In this document: in pieces, positions 37,361 through 47,660 of the stretch | How the letters are laid out: every line of letters begins with the position of its first letter | How positions within the stretch are numbered: position 1 is the first letter of the stretch | DNA from: a virus | Length of the DNA: 64,000 nucleotides | Reading direction: 5' to 3' (one strand) | IMG/VR virus record: IMGVR_UViG_3300030329_002830 | Location: 10,964 to 74,963 of that record | Position numbers and translations under genes: made by a program | Notes under the pieces: generated by a model | Told to the model about the DNA's origin: nothing | The model's database searches: none | Seen by the model: the letters and a program-made list of their open reading frames with translations, nothing else

Positions 37361-39072
37361 GACTTCGTCGGCACTCCCCAGCGCTCACGCTCATAGATCG
37401 GCTGGTCAAAGCCACTGCGTACATACAGTCTATCAGGTCGTGACAGGTGCTTTTGACGCATACGGTCCAAAAGCTCATCAGCGCGCTTCTCGTAGATTTG
37501 AGAATGGCTGGTCATGCCATGCTGTAGGCAGATGTCCTGAAGGGTCTTGTACACCAAAAGATGGTGAAACTGGGGCGGCCACTCAGGCGTGTCTGCATCT
37601 GCTACCAATCGACGCGGTCGGCGCAAATAGCGCACCTCGACATCCGTATCATTCAACGGGCGGCGGTAGACCCGGATTGATTGACGGGGACCAGACTCAT
37701 CCAAAATCAACAGCTTGTGCATCTGGCCGTCATGATACGTCCAGCGGTTCTTTTGTGTGCGGTCACTGCCTGGCCAGCCAAGATACGTCGGCTCCACCAG
37801 AGTTCCTGTGTCGCCCTGGATCTTCTCCCCTACATCATACAAGCGAGCGGTGTGGTCTACGCCCGCCCCTTCCGCAACGTCTGCAACGTGGTGCCAACGC
37901 TGGAAGCCTTGGTGGATGTGAGAAACGCCACCATCAACCTTGCGACGATAGATGCGCTTGTACATGCCAGAGGGCTGCTTCGACGGGTCAGCGTTACCAG
38001 AGCCATCCATTTCATCGTAGTCAGGGTATACGCCCCGAGTATCGATAAGATGAGAGATTTCCACCGCGCGGCCAGATTGAATCTTGATTGATGCCACTGG
38101 CGAAGGGGGCGACTCAATACCGCAGTACAGGAATGTGTAGCAGTATTCGTATGTATCTCCATTTTGAAGCTGCACAGAGTTGATTTCAGCCACCTCATCA
38201 ACGCCAACCTCGCGCAACTTTGGTGGCCCAGGTGGCGGATGAATGAACATAGGCTCCGCCTCAATCCCAATCACGGGATCGCCAGCGTTGTCTCGATCCA
38301 GGTAGACCATCTCCTCTTTACGCGCATCAATGAACGTCAGCCTGCCGTTTTCTGGAGCCGTCTTGGTAGACGTAGAGGCCGCGTCTCCACTTTCGGTATG
38401 CACCGGGCTGGTAAGCCCACGGTCCACAATACCAAGCACCTCCATGCAATCGCCAGGCAACCAATACCGGCGGAACTGAATGGTGTACTCGTCAATGGGA
38501 ACCTTGGTGATCGTCGGCGCAGTCCCCTGAATACCAGATGCCTCATGGGTTGATGGGTCAATGATTGGACGATCAACAACCATGTAGTGGCCAGCCTGAC
38601 CAGGCCGGCTCGAATCAGGCACGTTGTACCGATTGATGTAACTACCGCCGCCCTCACCAGAGCCAGAGGCAGAATAGCTCTCAGAGTAGTACAACCCAGT
38701 GATCAGATACTCGGAGTGATAGCCGCCATGACCGGCCTTGTCAGACGCTTGGTCAATGGACTCTTTGAGAACCAAATAGTTGCCCATCATCTCGGGGGTC
38801 TGAAGCCACTGGTTGCTTCCAACAGGAAACACCTTGGTATTGGCTACAGCCTCGCTCGCGTCACCAATCTGGATCTGCGTGTCTGAGTCACCTTCGATGT
38901 CTGCACGAAGGGTCATGCGGTACTTTGTGTGGAAGAACAACCACGGGTACTGCGTCGAAAGCTGTAGGTAGTGCCGATTTAGAATCCGCGCAGTCATGTC
39001 CCGGTACTGCTTAAGGTCCGGGTTGTAGTCCAAGGCAGCGTTGATTTCTTGGCGCAGTTCAAGCAGATTCAT
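37357..39072 (-). CDS. Head-tail adaptor (tubular protein A-like) with internal insertions
   Basis: MNLLELR..ILN..YPWLF N-terminus; YLRRPRRL..DTPEWPPQFHHLLVY C-terminus. Confidence 0.7.
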   Translation of the reverse strand: MNLLELRQEINAALDYNPDLKQYRDMTARILNRHYLQLSTQYPWLFFHTKYRMTLRADIEGDSDTQIQIGDASEAVANTKVFPVGSNQWLQTPEMMGNYLVLKESIDQASDKAGHGGYHSEYLITGLYYSESYSASGSGEGGGSYINRYNVPDSSRPGQAGHYMVVDRPIIDPSTHEASGIQGTAPTITKVPIDEYTIQFRRYWLPGDCMEVLGIVDRGLTSPVHTESGDAASTSTKTAPENGRLTFIDARKEEMVYLDRDNAGDPVIGIEAEPMFIHPPPGPPKLREVGVDEVAEINSVQLQNGDTYEYCYTFLYCGIESPPSPVASIKIQSGRAVEISHLIDTRGVYPDYDEMDGSGNADPSKQPSGMYKRIYRRKVDGGVSHIHQGFQRWHHVADVAEGAGVDHTARLYDVGEKIQGDTGTLVEPTYLGWPGSDRTQKNRWTYHDGQMHKLLILDESGPRQSIRVYRRPLNDTDVEVRYLRRPRRLVADADTPEWPPQFHHLLVYKTLQDICLQHGMTSHSQIYEKRADELLDRMRQKHLSRPDRLYVRSGFDQPIYERERWGVPTKS

Positions 39073-39083
39073 GGCACACCCCT

Positions 39084-39126
39084 AAAAGAAAACCGGCAGA
39101 CAAGGTATTGTACCCCGCCTGCCGGT
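39084..39126 (-). terminator. Intrinsic terminator after the capsid genes
   Basis: Minus strand reads ACCGGCAGG...TCTGCCGGTTTTCTTTT. Confidence 0.7.
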
Positions 39127-39157
39127 AGTGGGCGCGAGGCCCGGTAGCGAAAATGGC

Positions 39158-39601
39158 CTAGAAGAAGCCCTGGTCGACAATCATAACGTCTGCCAGGTTG
39201 CTGGACTCAGCCTCAAGAGCAACAGCAACGGTTGCACCGAAGGTTGTCTCCGCAAGACGATCTGCCATCCCGGCTGTTCCACCACTAAGTGGGCCAGTGA
39301 GCGCATCGCCAGCAGCGGTACTGGAAGCCACAGAGGCATTCTCATACTTCCCTGCCGTCTGAACTACGACGTTTGCGCCAGCAGCAACCGTTTCGGTTGC
39401 GATGCCGAACGTAAGGCCGTTTGCCTCAGTGGATCCGGGCCCAACGGCAGCATCCGAGACCGAGGCCCCAAGCCCATTGGTGGTATCAGTTGTGATTGCT
39501 ACAAACTTTCCAGCCGTGCATGCAGCGGATGCGTACAGGGTGACAAGCTTCTTCGGAAAATGATTAACGCCATCGACGCCATCAATCTTGTGAACTGCCA
39601 T
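39158..39601 (-). CDS. Capsid cement/decoration protein
   Basis: Ala/Gly-rich, FGIATETVAAG..VVQTAG..VAVALEA; directly after the MCP. Confidence 0.75.
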   Translation of the reverse strand: MAVHKIDGVDGVNHFPKKLVTLYASAACTAGKFVAITTDTTNGLGASVSDAAVGPGSTEANGLTFGIATETVAAGANVVVQTAGKYENASVASSTAAGDALTGPLSGGTAGMADRLAETTFGATVAVALEAESSNLADVMIVDQGFF

Positions 39602-39678
39602 GATATCCTCTCTCTTTTGATTCTATGGCTATGAAATAGGGTGGAGGCCGACATGACCCCCACCCAATCTAAGAAGAC

Positions 39679-40734
39679 TTAGAATGTTTCCAGGTCGAAC
39701 GCCAGACCGCTCGAACCAAGGTGCTTAGCGATAAGCTGACCACGGACGCGAATCTTCGCGGCGCGAACGTCGTACTCACCAGACACCGTCTCGAAGTCGG
39801 ACAGGTCGAAGTAGCCCTTCGGATCCCACAAGCAGTGGATGTCGTTCATGTTCAGCATGTAGAAGCTGATCGGGTCACCACCGGTGGTGGCACCAGCGTT
39901 CGGCATGTTGCGCTCGACGTTAATCTGCACACCATCCCAATACTCAACCAGACGACCGCCATCGATCTTGCTCTGGTCAACGTACCGCTCGTGAGCCTGA
40001 AGAGCGCGCTTCAGGTTCTTGAAGCCGGCCCGAGAGGCAAGAATCACGTTCGGGTCACCGTTCGGAGACACGGAAGCAATCTCAACCTTCAGGTCATATA
40101 GACCCGCAAGACCGTTCGAGTTGAACGAGCCGGCGCCATCAAAGCGCTGGTTCTGCCAACCAGTCTTGGAGCTAAAGGTAGACTTGCTGACGCCTCCAAC
40201 CGTGTTGCCCTGAGAACCAACAGCATCTTCCTCAAGGAATCCAGCAACTGAGCCAGTGGCCGCAGCATCAACACCGTTGAGCGTGCCCCAGTCTTCCCAA
40301 CCGGCAACGCCACCCTGGACGATTTGCTTGACGAACTCACGCTTCAATGCGTTTGCAGTCATCGTGACCCGGTTCTCCAGAATGGAGAGGACCGCAGCGT
40401 CACCCTGGTTGACCATCTCTTCCTCAGAAGAAATCGCCACGGGGCGAACAACGTGTGCCCACGAGTACACGGCAGGCTTGAACACGTCCTCGACACTAAG
40501 GTCGATGCGCTCGTAACCAGTGCTCAGTCGCGTAGTGGACGAGTGGTCCTCAAATCCAAGCGGAATCACAATCCGCGTGCCACCAGCCTGGGAAGGCTGA
40601 CCGGCGCCGTGAACGCGCTCGCTCGCATCCAAGAATGCGGTCGACTCATGAATGTTATCGCGCCATTCCTTCATCAGAATGTGCATCGTGGTCGACAGCA
40701 GTTCGTTGCCGATGGTCAGACTAGTGGTGGGCAT
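39679..40734 (-). CDS. Major capsid protein (HK97 fold)
   Basis: 351 aa, strongly biased codons, position after the scaffold. Confidence 0.85.
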   Translation of the reverse strand: MPTTSLTIGNELLSTTMHILMKEWRDNIHESTAFLDASERVHGAGQPSQAGGTRIVIPLGFEDHSSTTRLSTGYERIDLSVEDVFKPAVYSWAHVVRPVAISSEEEMVNQGDAAVLSILENRVTMTANALKREFVKQIVQGGVAGWEDWGTLNGVDAAATGSVAGFLEEDAVGSQGNTVGGVSKSTFSSKTGWQNQRFDGAGSFNSNGLAGLYDLKVEIASVSPNGDPNVILASRAGFKNLKRALQAHERYVDQSKIDGGRLVEYWDGVQINVERNMPNAGATTGGDPISFYMLNMNDIHCLWDPKGYFDLSDFETVSGEYDVRAAKIRVRGQLIAKHLGSSGLAFDLETF

Positions 40735-40751
40735 CTCATGCTCCTATGGGT

Positions 40752-41759
40752 TTAGCGAACTTCACCCGCAATTCTCTTTGCGGCTTCCGGGTTTGACTGT
40801 AGCCAATTGGCAATAGCATGAGCGCCACGCTTCTTGACGTTTACAGGAATGTCCTCAACACCAGGAGCGCTGCTCATAGATTGCTTACTAACACGTCGAG
40901 CAGATTGAGCACGAGCACGGCGCTCAGACTCAATGCGAGCATTTTGCTCAGCAAGAACTCGACGCGCCTTCACAATCTGGTACGCATCCTCTGTTGAAAT
41001 CGGTGCATCAGTCCCGCGTCGACCCTGTACAAGGGCTGACACTTCATTTTTGAAGCTGGGCTGCTTAAGCTCTGGATGGGACTCCAAAAACTCAAGATAA
41101 GCTGTTTGCTTGGCATGTTGGGCAGACGCCTGCTGCATTGGGGAGAGAACATTTCGCATCCCCTCGGCAATGCCTTTCTGGATGCGTGCCTGAATGCCCT
41201 CTTCACTAAGAATGTCTGGAAGCTCACCCTCTGGCGTGTTCAGAACTTCCTGAACCTTTGGATCATTCGCCAGCGCACTGAACTCCGCTTGACGGCGAGC
41301 AAAGTCACGCTCCATCTTCTGAAGCTCAAGCTCTCTCTCCGCCAGCTTGGTTTCAGATGCATTGGTAGAGTGACCAAGCTTCGACTTCTCAATCTCGTAA
41401 GCAAGACGGAAGTTGTGAAGCATTCGACGCGCAACAGTCGGAAGCTCCTTGATGTCGTCTTCCGTGATGTTGTCGTAGAACTTGTCGGTCTCAAGCTCCT
41501 CAATGTCACCAAGGACAGACGTGAGGGGGTTAAAAACATCCTCACTAATTTCCGCTGGTGCCGATGCCTCAACTTCCGGCTCGACAGCCGGAGGCTCAAC
41601 CTCGATAGACGGAACTTCAGCTTCAGGTTGTGCCGCAACCTGCTCCGCGTCTGCTGCGGTCGGTTCAATATCGACCAACCCCGCCAAGTCAGCAGCCTGA
41701 ACTGCACCGTCCCCTGGTGCAGCAGCCGCTTCGTCAGCAATCTGTGTTGTTGAATCCAT
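40752..41759 (-). CDS. Scaffolding protein
   Basis: Acidic N-terminus, coiled coil, EDAYQI motif; upstream of the MCP. Confidence 0.7.
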   Translation of the reverse strand: MDSTTQIADEAAAAPGDGAVQAADLAGLVDIEPTAADAEQVAAQPEAEVPSIEVEPPAVEPEVEASAPAEISEDVFNPLTSVLGDIEELETDKFYDNITEDDIKELPTVARRMLHNFRLAYEIEKSKLGHSTNASETKLAERELELQKMERDFARRQAEFSALANDPKVQEVLNTPEGELPDILSEEGIQARIQKGIAEGMRNVLSPMQQASAQHAKQTAYLEFLESHPELKQPSFKNEVSALVQGRRGTDAPISTEDAYQIVKARRVLAEQNARIESERRARAQSARRVSKQSMSSAPGVEDIPVNVKKRGAHAIANWLQSNPEAAKRIAGEVR

Positions 41760-41821
41760 GCTCTTATGACTCCATTGTTAGTCGTTCACGAATGTACCAC
41801 TTTAGAGAGGAATGATGCAAC

Positions 41822-42463
41822 TTATGCAAGACCTTCTGCAAGCATTTCATCTTGCTCATCAAAGTTGCCGGGAGATGGCGGTGCTTCAGCCATCTCTTCA
41901 GCGCCCTCCTCAGGTGCCATAAGCGCATCAGAAAGCTTCTTGTCTTTTGCCATGCGCTTTAGCTGAGCCGTGGCCTTTCTGACCTCTACATCAGAAGTCA
42001 TCTCCATCGGGTCAAAGCCGTACTTGTCGAAATACTTCCCATCCTCGACAACACGCAGCGCCTCGTTGATTGCAACCAGCGGGACAAAAAGCTGCGGCGG
42101 AAGAGGGTCTGCCCACTTGTTGCCCTCAGTGCCACTAAAGTCCAGTTCCACCTGGGGCAGGTCACCACCAGACAACTTGTTGATGGTCTCGTTGAACTGC
42201 TTCAAAAGCGTTTCAAGAGCCTTAATGGTAAAGGGCTTCTCCGGCATGGGCGCTTGGCCTGCAATCTGAGCAAGGTCAGACGCCATGTCTCCGGGCGGCA
42301 TTCCCTCTGGGGGCATTCCCTCTGGGGGCATTCCCTCTGGAGGCATTCCTTCTGGAGGCATTCCTTCTGGAGGCATTCCGGCAGGGGGAGCAGCCATGGC
42401 TGGATCGTATCCGGGCTCTCCGGGGTAGGGTAGGCGGGCTCCGGTCACTGGATCGACTGGCAT
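41822..42463 (-). CDS. Hypothetical acidic protein with PPEGM repeats
   Basis: GGAG RBS; head-gene cluster. Confidence 0.7.
   Translation of the reverse strand: MPVDPVTGARLPYPGEPGYDPAMAAPPAGMPPEGMPPEGMPPEGMPPEGMPPEGMPPGDMASDLAQIAGQAPMPEKPFTIKALETLLKQFNETINKLSGGDLPQVELDFSGTEGNKWADPLPPQLFVPLVAINEALRVVEDGKYFDKYGFDPMEMTSDVEVRKATAQLKRMAKDKKLSDALMAPEEGAEEMAEAPPSPGNFDEQDEMLAEGLA
42297..42379. repeat. 15-bp tandem repeat, five copies plus a partial (GMPPE)
   Basis: Seen directly. Confidence 0.9.
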
Positions 42464-42472
42464 GTTGGCTCC

Positions 42473-43066
42473 TTAAAGTCTTCCTTGGTCCCGAAGCTTT
42501 CGAACTTCTCGAAATTCGGGAGAGTTATCAAACTTATCGCAATACTCAGCGTACTCGCGGTCTTCCTTCTCGTTTATATCATCCATCTTTCTGTACTCAG
42601 AATCAATATCCCAATCACCATCTACAGGCGTTAGCCCGCGCTGCTTACATATCTCTCTTCTGTGCGCCTTGCTTTCAAGCATGACACCAAGACCACGATC
42701 ATAGTAAGGAAAACGCTCGCTCCACCTATCGATTCTTGCAGAAGGAATCCATACAGAATCGCATGAGCTACACTTTGGGCACTCTTGCGGATCATCGTGT
42801 GACTCACCTTCCTTTCGGTCAATCAGTTCATCGAAAATAAACTCACACGATCTGCACTTGAATTGGTGCATCACCAGGCCGTTGCCTTCCGAGTTGTAGG
42901 TCTTTTCATTCCCGGCATCGTTGGCCTGGGCCATTGACATCCGAATGACGTAACGAGATGTCCCATCACACTCTTTGCAGGAAATTGAGTCAGGTCGGCT
43001 GTCGTAGCGAAAGATTTCATCTCGCTCAACACCACACGAATCACACAGGTAACTATACAGGGGCAC
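42473..43066 (-). CDS. Double FmdB-like zinc-ribbon protein
   Basis: GTG start with GGAG RBS; PLYSYLCDSC..CKEC and FKCRSC..CPKC. Confidence 0.75.
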   Translation of the reverse strand: MPLYSYLCDSCGVERDEIFRYDSRPDSISCKECDGTSRYVIRMSMAQANDAGNEKTYNSEGNGLVMHQFKCRSCEFIFDELIDRKEGESHDDPQECPKCSSCDSVWIPSARIDRWSERFPYYDRGLGVMLESKAHRREICKQRGLTPVDGDWDIDSEYRKMDDINEKEDREYAEYCDKFDNSPEFREVRKLRDQGRL

Positions 43067-45458
43067 CGGCTGCTCCAAGAATTTGCGACAGCATCTGTTG
43101 CTGCTGAGCGGGTGGCATGGTTTCCATTGCTGAAAGCATCTCAACCATCTTGGGGTCAGAAGCAAACAGCTTCTTTAGTTCACCTATTGCCTGGTCCGGC
43201 GGAAGCTGGGAGATCTCCCCGATAATCGCTTGCAGTTGTGCGTCCTCAGGACCTTCAGCGCCTGGCGGCGGGGCGCCTGGTGGAGCGCCTGGTGGAGCGG
43301 CCTGAGCCCCGGCTGGAGCGGGCTGCTGGCCCCCCTCTTCTTCCTGCTCCTTGGCTTCTTCCTCTGCTTGCGCCAAAAGCTCATCAGGGTGCAAGTCCTT
43401 CGGCAGGTCAAACCGCTCAGCAATGACCTTCATGTACGACTTGGCAAACAACCCATCAGCGCCTGGGGCCTGAGCGGCCTGCCAGAGCGCAGTGTATGGC
43501 TGAAGAAGAGCCACAAGGTTTTGCTGCATTGCCGCATCTGTAAGAGGCGTTCTGCCTCCCTCAACAAAAGAGATGTCAAAGCACGCATCGAGGTCGGCAA
43601 CACTGACCATGACGTTCTCGCCACGCTCATGAAGAGCGAGTGTCTGCTGGCGAATGGTGATGGCTGTATCGCTCTCAACGGTGGCGCCGAGATTTGGAGT
43701 AAGCTCATCGTCAACATACGGCTGCTGTGAGGCGGAGATATTATCAACCAGCAATTGCTTGGACTGGGCCTCTTCCTCTTCATCAAGGTCTCGGTCTGGA
43801 GTCTGCTCCATGCCGCCAAGAGAGCCGCCAAGCATCTGTAGCTCTTCATCAGACAAGTCACCCAAGTCAGACTTGCCAGTGATTTTCTCAACCAGGGCCT
43901 TGAAGTCATCGTCATTGGTGTCGATGCCGGCCTTCTTCGCGATGTCCTTGATTCGCTCAACCGTCCAAGGCTCTTCCTTGGCCTCGGGCTCGGCCTCTTC
44001 TTGGCCTTCGTCTGGAATCGCGCCGACTTCAGCAACCCGGGTCTCCTCGTCTTCATACGCCCCACGGGAGTCACCATCGTCCGTCATCGCAGCAATCAAG
44101 GCCCGAAGCAGGAGCTTGACCATCTCTGCAAGCCACTCGTCCTTGATCGTCGCATGCATCCCGAACTCAGACTCGGTGTACATCTGCATAGTCTGAACTT
44201 CAAAGGCTGTTGCCTTCGTCACCTGGCCACGCGCCTGAGGGCTTGTGCCAATCACTCGCTCAAGATCGCGCTCGACCTCCGCAAGATACTTGGCGACATT
44301 GGACGAAATGGGTGCCGTTGGAATCGGAAGAATCGCGTCCGTTAGCGGGCGGTCAAAGTTCTGGTCTACCTGAAGAATCAATCCATCGTGACCCTCAGTC
44401 AGGTTTGTCATCTCCTCACCGCTCAAGGTGCCTTTGCGGGTGACATACTGCCGAGTGTCCTTACGGGTAGCCATCGCCATGAACGACCGATAGGCATTCA
44501 ACTCGCGAATCTGGGGCATCAGCCGAGATGTCTGAGAGATTCCGCGAAGCGGAAACTCTGGCTCAGAGTTGAAAATCAGCGGGACGATGTGCGAGGTAGC
44601 TGTGCCATCAGGGTTAGCAAACGGCAGCGGGCCCATGTACACAGGCTTTTTCGATGCAGCGCCCTGGCCAAGTACATATATTTCAAGGCGGCCTTGATAG
44701 ACGATGTCTGGATTGTCTTCATCTTTAATCGTGTCCTTCAAGTTGCAAAGCTCAAGCACACGAACGAAGGCTTGCTCATCTGTGTTTGCCTTGTCGTTCT
44801 TTCGAACAACAGACTTGCCATCAGCCGTTCCTTGTTCGGCCAGGAAGTCTATACGGCGTGTGCCCGCAAGGTTTTCAAGACCGTACTCACGCTCAACGTC
44901 TGCCTTTGGTCGGTAGTAGACGTGACCACGGAACCGCTCATCCTCTGCATCGCAAACATCGCTATCAAGAATAATCTCCCACCACGGAATCACGCGCATC
45001 CACACGCGGTCAAGGGGGCTGCCAGAGCCAGGAGAGTACCCGATCTTCGCACCACAACCAGGGTACAATAGGCCCTGACGAAGAGCAGACATGACCCTTT
45101 GATGAATCTTACGAGAAGCAAGCCACCGGTTTACAGCCAAAGCCGCCTTTGAGGGGTCACCCATACCGGCAGGGTCTGGCCCCATGACTGCACGACTCGC
45201 CCGTGGGTACAAGGCTGAAAGGTACGTGGAAAGCACGCCCCACATCCGGTTGACTTCAACCTCAACATCACTAAGACGCTTGGCTGGACTCGATGCCCGG
45301 TTCTTGTTTTGAACAAAATCCCAATACCGAGTCAGGTATGTAGACTTGTACAGCGCCCAGCGGTGGCGGTTCTTGCGCATGCTCTTGTCGTGAGCCCGAA
45401 GGTGCTCCATAACGACGGAGTGCGGAATCTGATCATGCTTGTTGTCTGTTTCAGCCAT
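43053..45458 (-). CDS. Portal protein
   Basis: 801 aa directly after TerL; FPLRGIS..L, IGTSPQARG..KATAFEV portal-like motifs. Confidence 0.8.
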   Translation of the reverse strand: MAETDNKHDQIPHSVVMEHLRAHDKSMRKNRHRWALYKSTYLTRYWDFVQNKNRASSPAKRLSDVEVEVNRMWGVLSTYLSALYPRASRAVMGPDPAGMGDPSKAALAVNRWLASRKIHQRVMSALRQGLLYPGCGAKIGYSPGSGSPLDRVWMRVIPWWEIILDSDVCDAEDERFRGHVYYRPKADVEREYGLENLAGTRRIDFLAEQGTADGKSVVRKNDKANTDEQAFVRVLELCNLKDTIKDEDNPDIVYQGRLEIYVLGQGAASKKPVYMGPLPFANPDGTATSHIVPLIFNSEPEFPLRGISQTSRLMPQIRELNAYRSFMAMATRKDTRQYVTRKGTLSGEEMTNLTEGHDGLILQVDQNFDRPLTDAILPIPTAPISSNVAKYLAEVERDLERVIGTSPQARGQVTKATAFEVQTMQMYTESEFGMHATIKDEWLAEMVKLLLRALIAAMTDDGDSRGAYEDEETRVAEVGAIPDEGQEEAEPEAKEEPWTVERIKDIAKKAGIDTNDDDFKALVEKITGKSDLGDLSDEELQMLGGSLGGMEQTPDRDLDEEEEAQSKQLLVDNISASQQPYVDDELTPNLGATVESDTAITIRQQTLALHERGENVMVSVADLDACFDISFVEGGRTPLTDAAMQQNLVALLQPYTALWQAAQAPGADGLFAKSYMKVIAERFDLPKDLHPDELLAQAEEEAKEQEEEGGQQPAPAGAQAAPPGAPPGAPPPGAEGPEDAQLQAIIGEISQLPPDQAIGELKKLFASDPKMVEMLSAMETMPPAQQQQMLSQILGAAGAPV

Positions 45459-47047
45459 CAGCCTTCACCAAATCTCTTAGCGGCATTGAAAGGATTCCGT
45501 CTGGCATAATAACGCTTTGGGCGAAGATGTGGTGCAATGTCCGCTGTTGGGAGCGAGCGGCGGTTCCACTCAGCCAACATTAAAGCATCCGCGTGGTCAT
45601 CATGGTAGCCATCTTGACCTTCAATCTTTCCATTTACCTCTCGAATGTGCATAAGCTCTTGCACGGTTGAAAGGTCACACAACTCAAGCGCATCACCATT
45701 TACCATTTGGCGCAAATGCGCATACGCCTCTTGCTTGCTTCCGCGTGAAGTTGTCCAATACTTCGGCGTCTTACTCAAGCCACCAGACATTGTTGTTGCT
45801 TCACTCCAGAGCGGAAGACCTGCCTTCCTGAACTCCCGTAGCACCACCGTGCCTGCGCCGCCGGGGTTGGACTCAACCAGGGCCCTGGCCTTGTTGTAGT
45901 GAAGGGCAAGCTCAATGGCCTTGGTAGCGAAAAGAATCTCGCCACCCTCGTTCATTGACAAGGTCGCCACTTGCTTTCCATTGGAACTTAGAACTTGCGC
46001 AACGGCATAGTCACCACCGTTGCACCAACTCGGGTCAACACCAATCGCATACGTTTCGCCCGGAATGGGTCGCTCATAGATGCGGACGTTGCCCTCAATA
46101 GGCTTGACGGTCGAAATCAATTGGTTCAGATAGTCCGAATCGAACCATGACCCGTCAAAGACAGCAAAGCCATCTTCAATGGTCAGTGGATACTCGCGAC
46201 GGAACCTGGAAATGCCGATACCGTTGACGCCATGAATCTTGTCATGACGCCAATAAAGCTGTGGCATCGTCAGTCCATGGTGCTGCGCAAGCTGCCACTC
46301 CTCTTCATCAGGCTCCCAACCCTTGGCGGGCTCAAGCTGGTACGCAAGGTGATCCGACCACTTAAAGAAACGGAACCGGACATTCGGGTCACCATTCCGC
46401 TCAGCTTCAATCGCAGCCAGTACCTTCTGGTGGTACAGGTTTCCGGGGCCATCCGCAGTCGAAATGATGATGGTCTTGCGGTGAGGCCCCTCGTGCATCG
46501 TCGAGGTGATTGAAGCCCAGACCTCTTCCGCATTCGGCCAGAACGCCAACTCATCGGCATGCAGGCGCTGGTACGTCCAACCACGGGCCTCACTCTTACC
46601 GCCCGCAGTCATGCATCGGAAACCGGCCATCGTGTCTTCATAGACCAACTCACGCTTGTTGGACTTACCAACCTTGCGCTTCATGAACTCGGGCAGGGAC
46701 CGATAGTAGTGCCGGACCCGGCCAAAGATCGCATCAGTCGACTCGTAGGAATCAGCAACAACAAGACAGCGCACCGGGTCCGGGCACCAGTAGAGGTAGT
46801 TGAAGTTGTAGGCAGTGGCAACAGTAGTGTCACCAATCTGACGAGGTTTGTAGTGAATCACGGTCTCAGCAGGCGACATGAAGTCCTGCAACGCCAACAC
46901 CTGCTCAGAGAAAGGAGTATCGAAATACCGCTCCTGCCCCTTCTCATCTACAATCTTTAGACGACCAATGAACTCTTCTGGATGCGTAGCAAGCTCTTTG
47001 AGCTTCTTGCCCTCGTGGGAACCGCCATGCAATCCAGTGAACTTCAC
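45458..47047 (-). CDS. terL: Terminase large subunit
   Basis: KPRQIGDTT, LHADELAFW, ISTADG, FRREYP, YAIGVDP, HDDHADA. Confidence 0.93.
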   Translation of the reverse strand: MKFTGLHGGSHEGKKLKELATHPEEFIGRLKIVDEKGQERYFDTPFSEQVLALQDFMSPAETVIHYKPRQIGDTTVATAYNFNYLYWCPDPVRCLVVADSYESTDAIFGRVRHYYRSLPEFMKRKVGKSNKRELVYEDTMAGFRCMTAGGKSEARGWTYQRLHADELAFWPNAEEVWASITSTMHEGPHRKTIIISTADGPGNLYHQKVLAAIEAERNGDPNVRFRFFKWSDHLAYQLEPAKGWEPDEEEWQLAQHHGLTMPQLYWRHDKIHGVNGIGISRFRREYPLTIEDGFAVFDGSWFDSDYLNQLISTVKPIEGNVRIYERPIPGETYAIGVDPSWCNGGDYAVAQVLSSNGKQVATLSMNEGGEILFATKAIELALHYNKARALVESNPGGAGTVVLREFRKAGLPLWSEATTMSGGLSKTPKYWTTSRGSKQEAYAHLRQMVNGDALELCDLSTVQELMHIREVNGKIEGQDGYHDDHADALMLAEWNRRSLPTADIAPHLRPKRYYARRNPFNAAKRFGEG

Positions 47048-47613
47048 TACGCCTCACCAGTTTCAGCGCGCCAAGAGTTCCCGCCTTTGAGGCCAAGGTA
47101 TTCACGGATCTCGCGCATCTGAGGCTCGTTGTCTTCCTTCTGCTTGGTGTTCGGCTCAATGCGAACCTTCGAATACTGCCGGAAGGCCCACTCCTCACCC
47201 TCGCTCATGCCATCCCGAACACCAGTCCAGAACTGGAAATCCATCATCTGAAACTCAATGTCACCAATCTCGGTCATGCCCGGAAAGTCGGTGAAGAACC
47301 ACTTCATGAATGGCTCTCCAAGCTCTACCCAGGTCTTCCAGACTTCCTCATCGACCGGAGCCCCAGTCCACTTTGGGTTGTGTGACTCACGGAACCACTC
47401 CCCACGAAAACACTTGCCGCGCTTGGCCAACCGAATGGCCAACTTACGAAAGCGCTCCTGGTGCTGGGTGGGTCTGAACTTACGTCCCTTAGACACAAGC
47501 CACTCCTCGACCTCAGGATGAAGAATGTGCCCATCCTCCCCCTGCCTAACCTCAGATGGGCTGGTCCACTTTGCTTTCCATTTCTCATCTTTGGTGTCTG
47601 ATTCGTCGCTCAT
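47047..47613 (-). CDS. Hypothetical protein, possible terminase small subunit
   Basis: Overlaps the TerL start; the functional call is positional only. Confidence 0.5.
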   Translation of the reverse strand: MSDESDTKDEKWKAKWTSPSEVRQGEDGHILHPEVEEWLVSKGRKFRPTQHQERFRKLAIRLAKRGKCFRGEWFRESHNPKWTGAPVDEEVWKTWVELGEPFMKWFFTDFPGMTEIGDIEFQMMDFQFWTGVRDGMSEGEEWAFRQYSKVRIEPNTKQKEDNEPQMREIREYLGLKGGNSWRAETGEA

Positions 47614-47625
47614 TGCGTCCTCTGC

Positions 47626-47654
47626 TTGACCGGGGCTCTTGTTATCTTTACCAT
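47626..47654 (+). promoter_or_regulatory. Sigma70 promoter TTGACC-17-TACCAT, predicted leaderless transcript
   Basis: The ATG at 47661 begins 7 nt after the -10 element; no SD sequence. Confidence 0.6.
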
Positions 47655-47660
47655 GATTCT

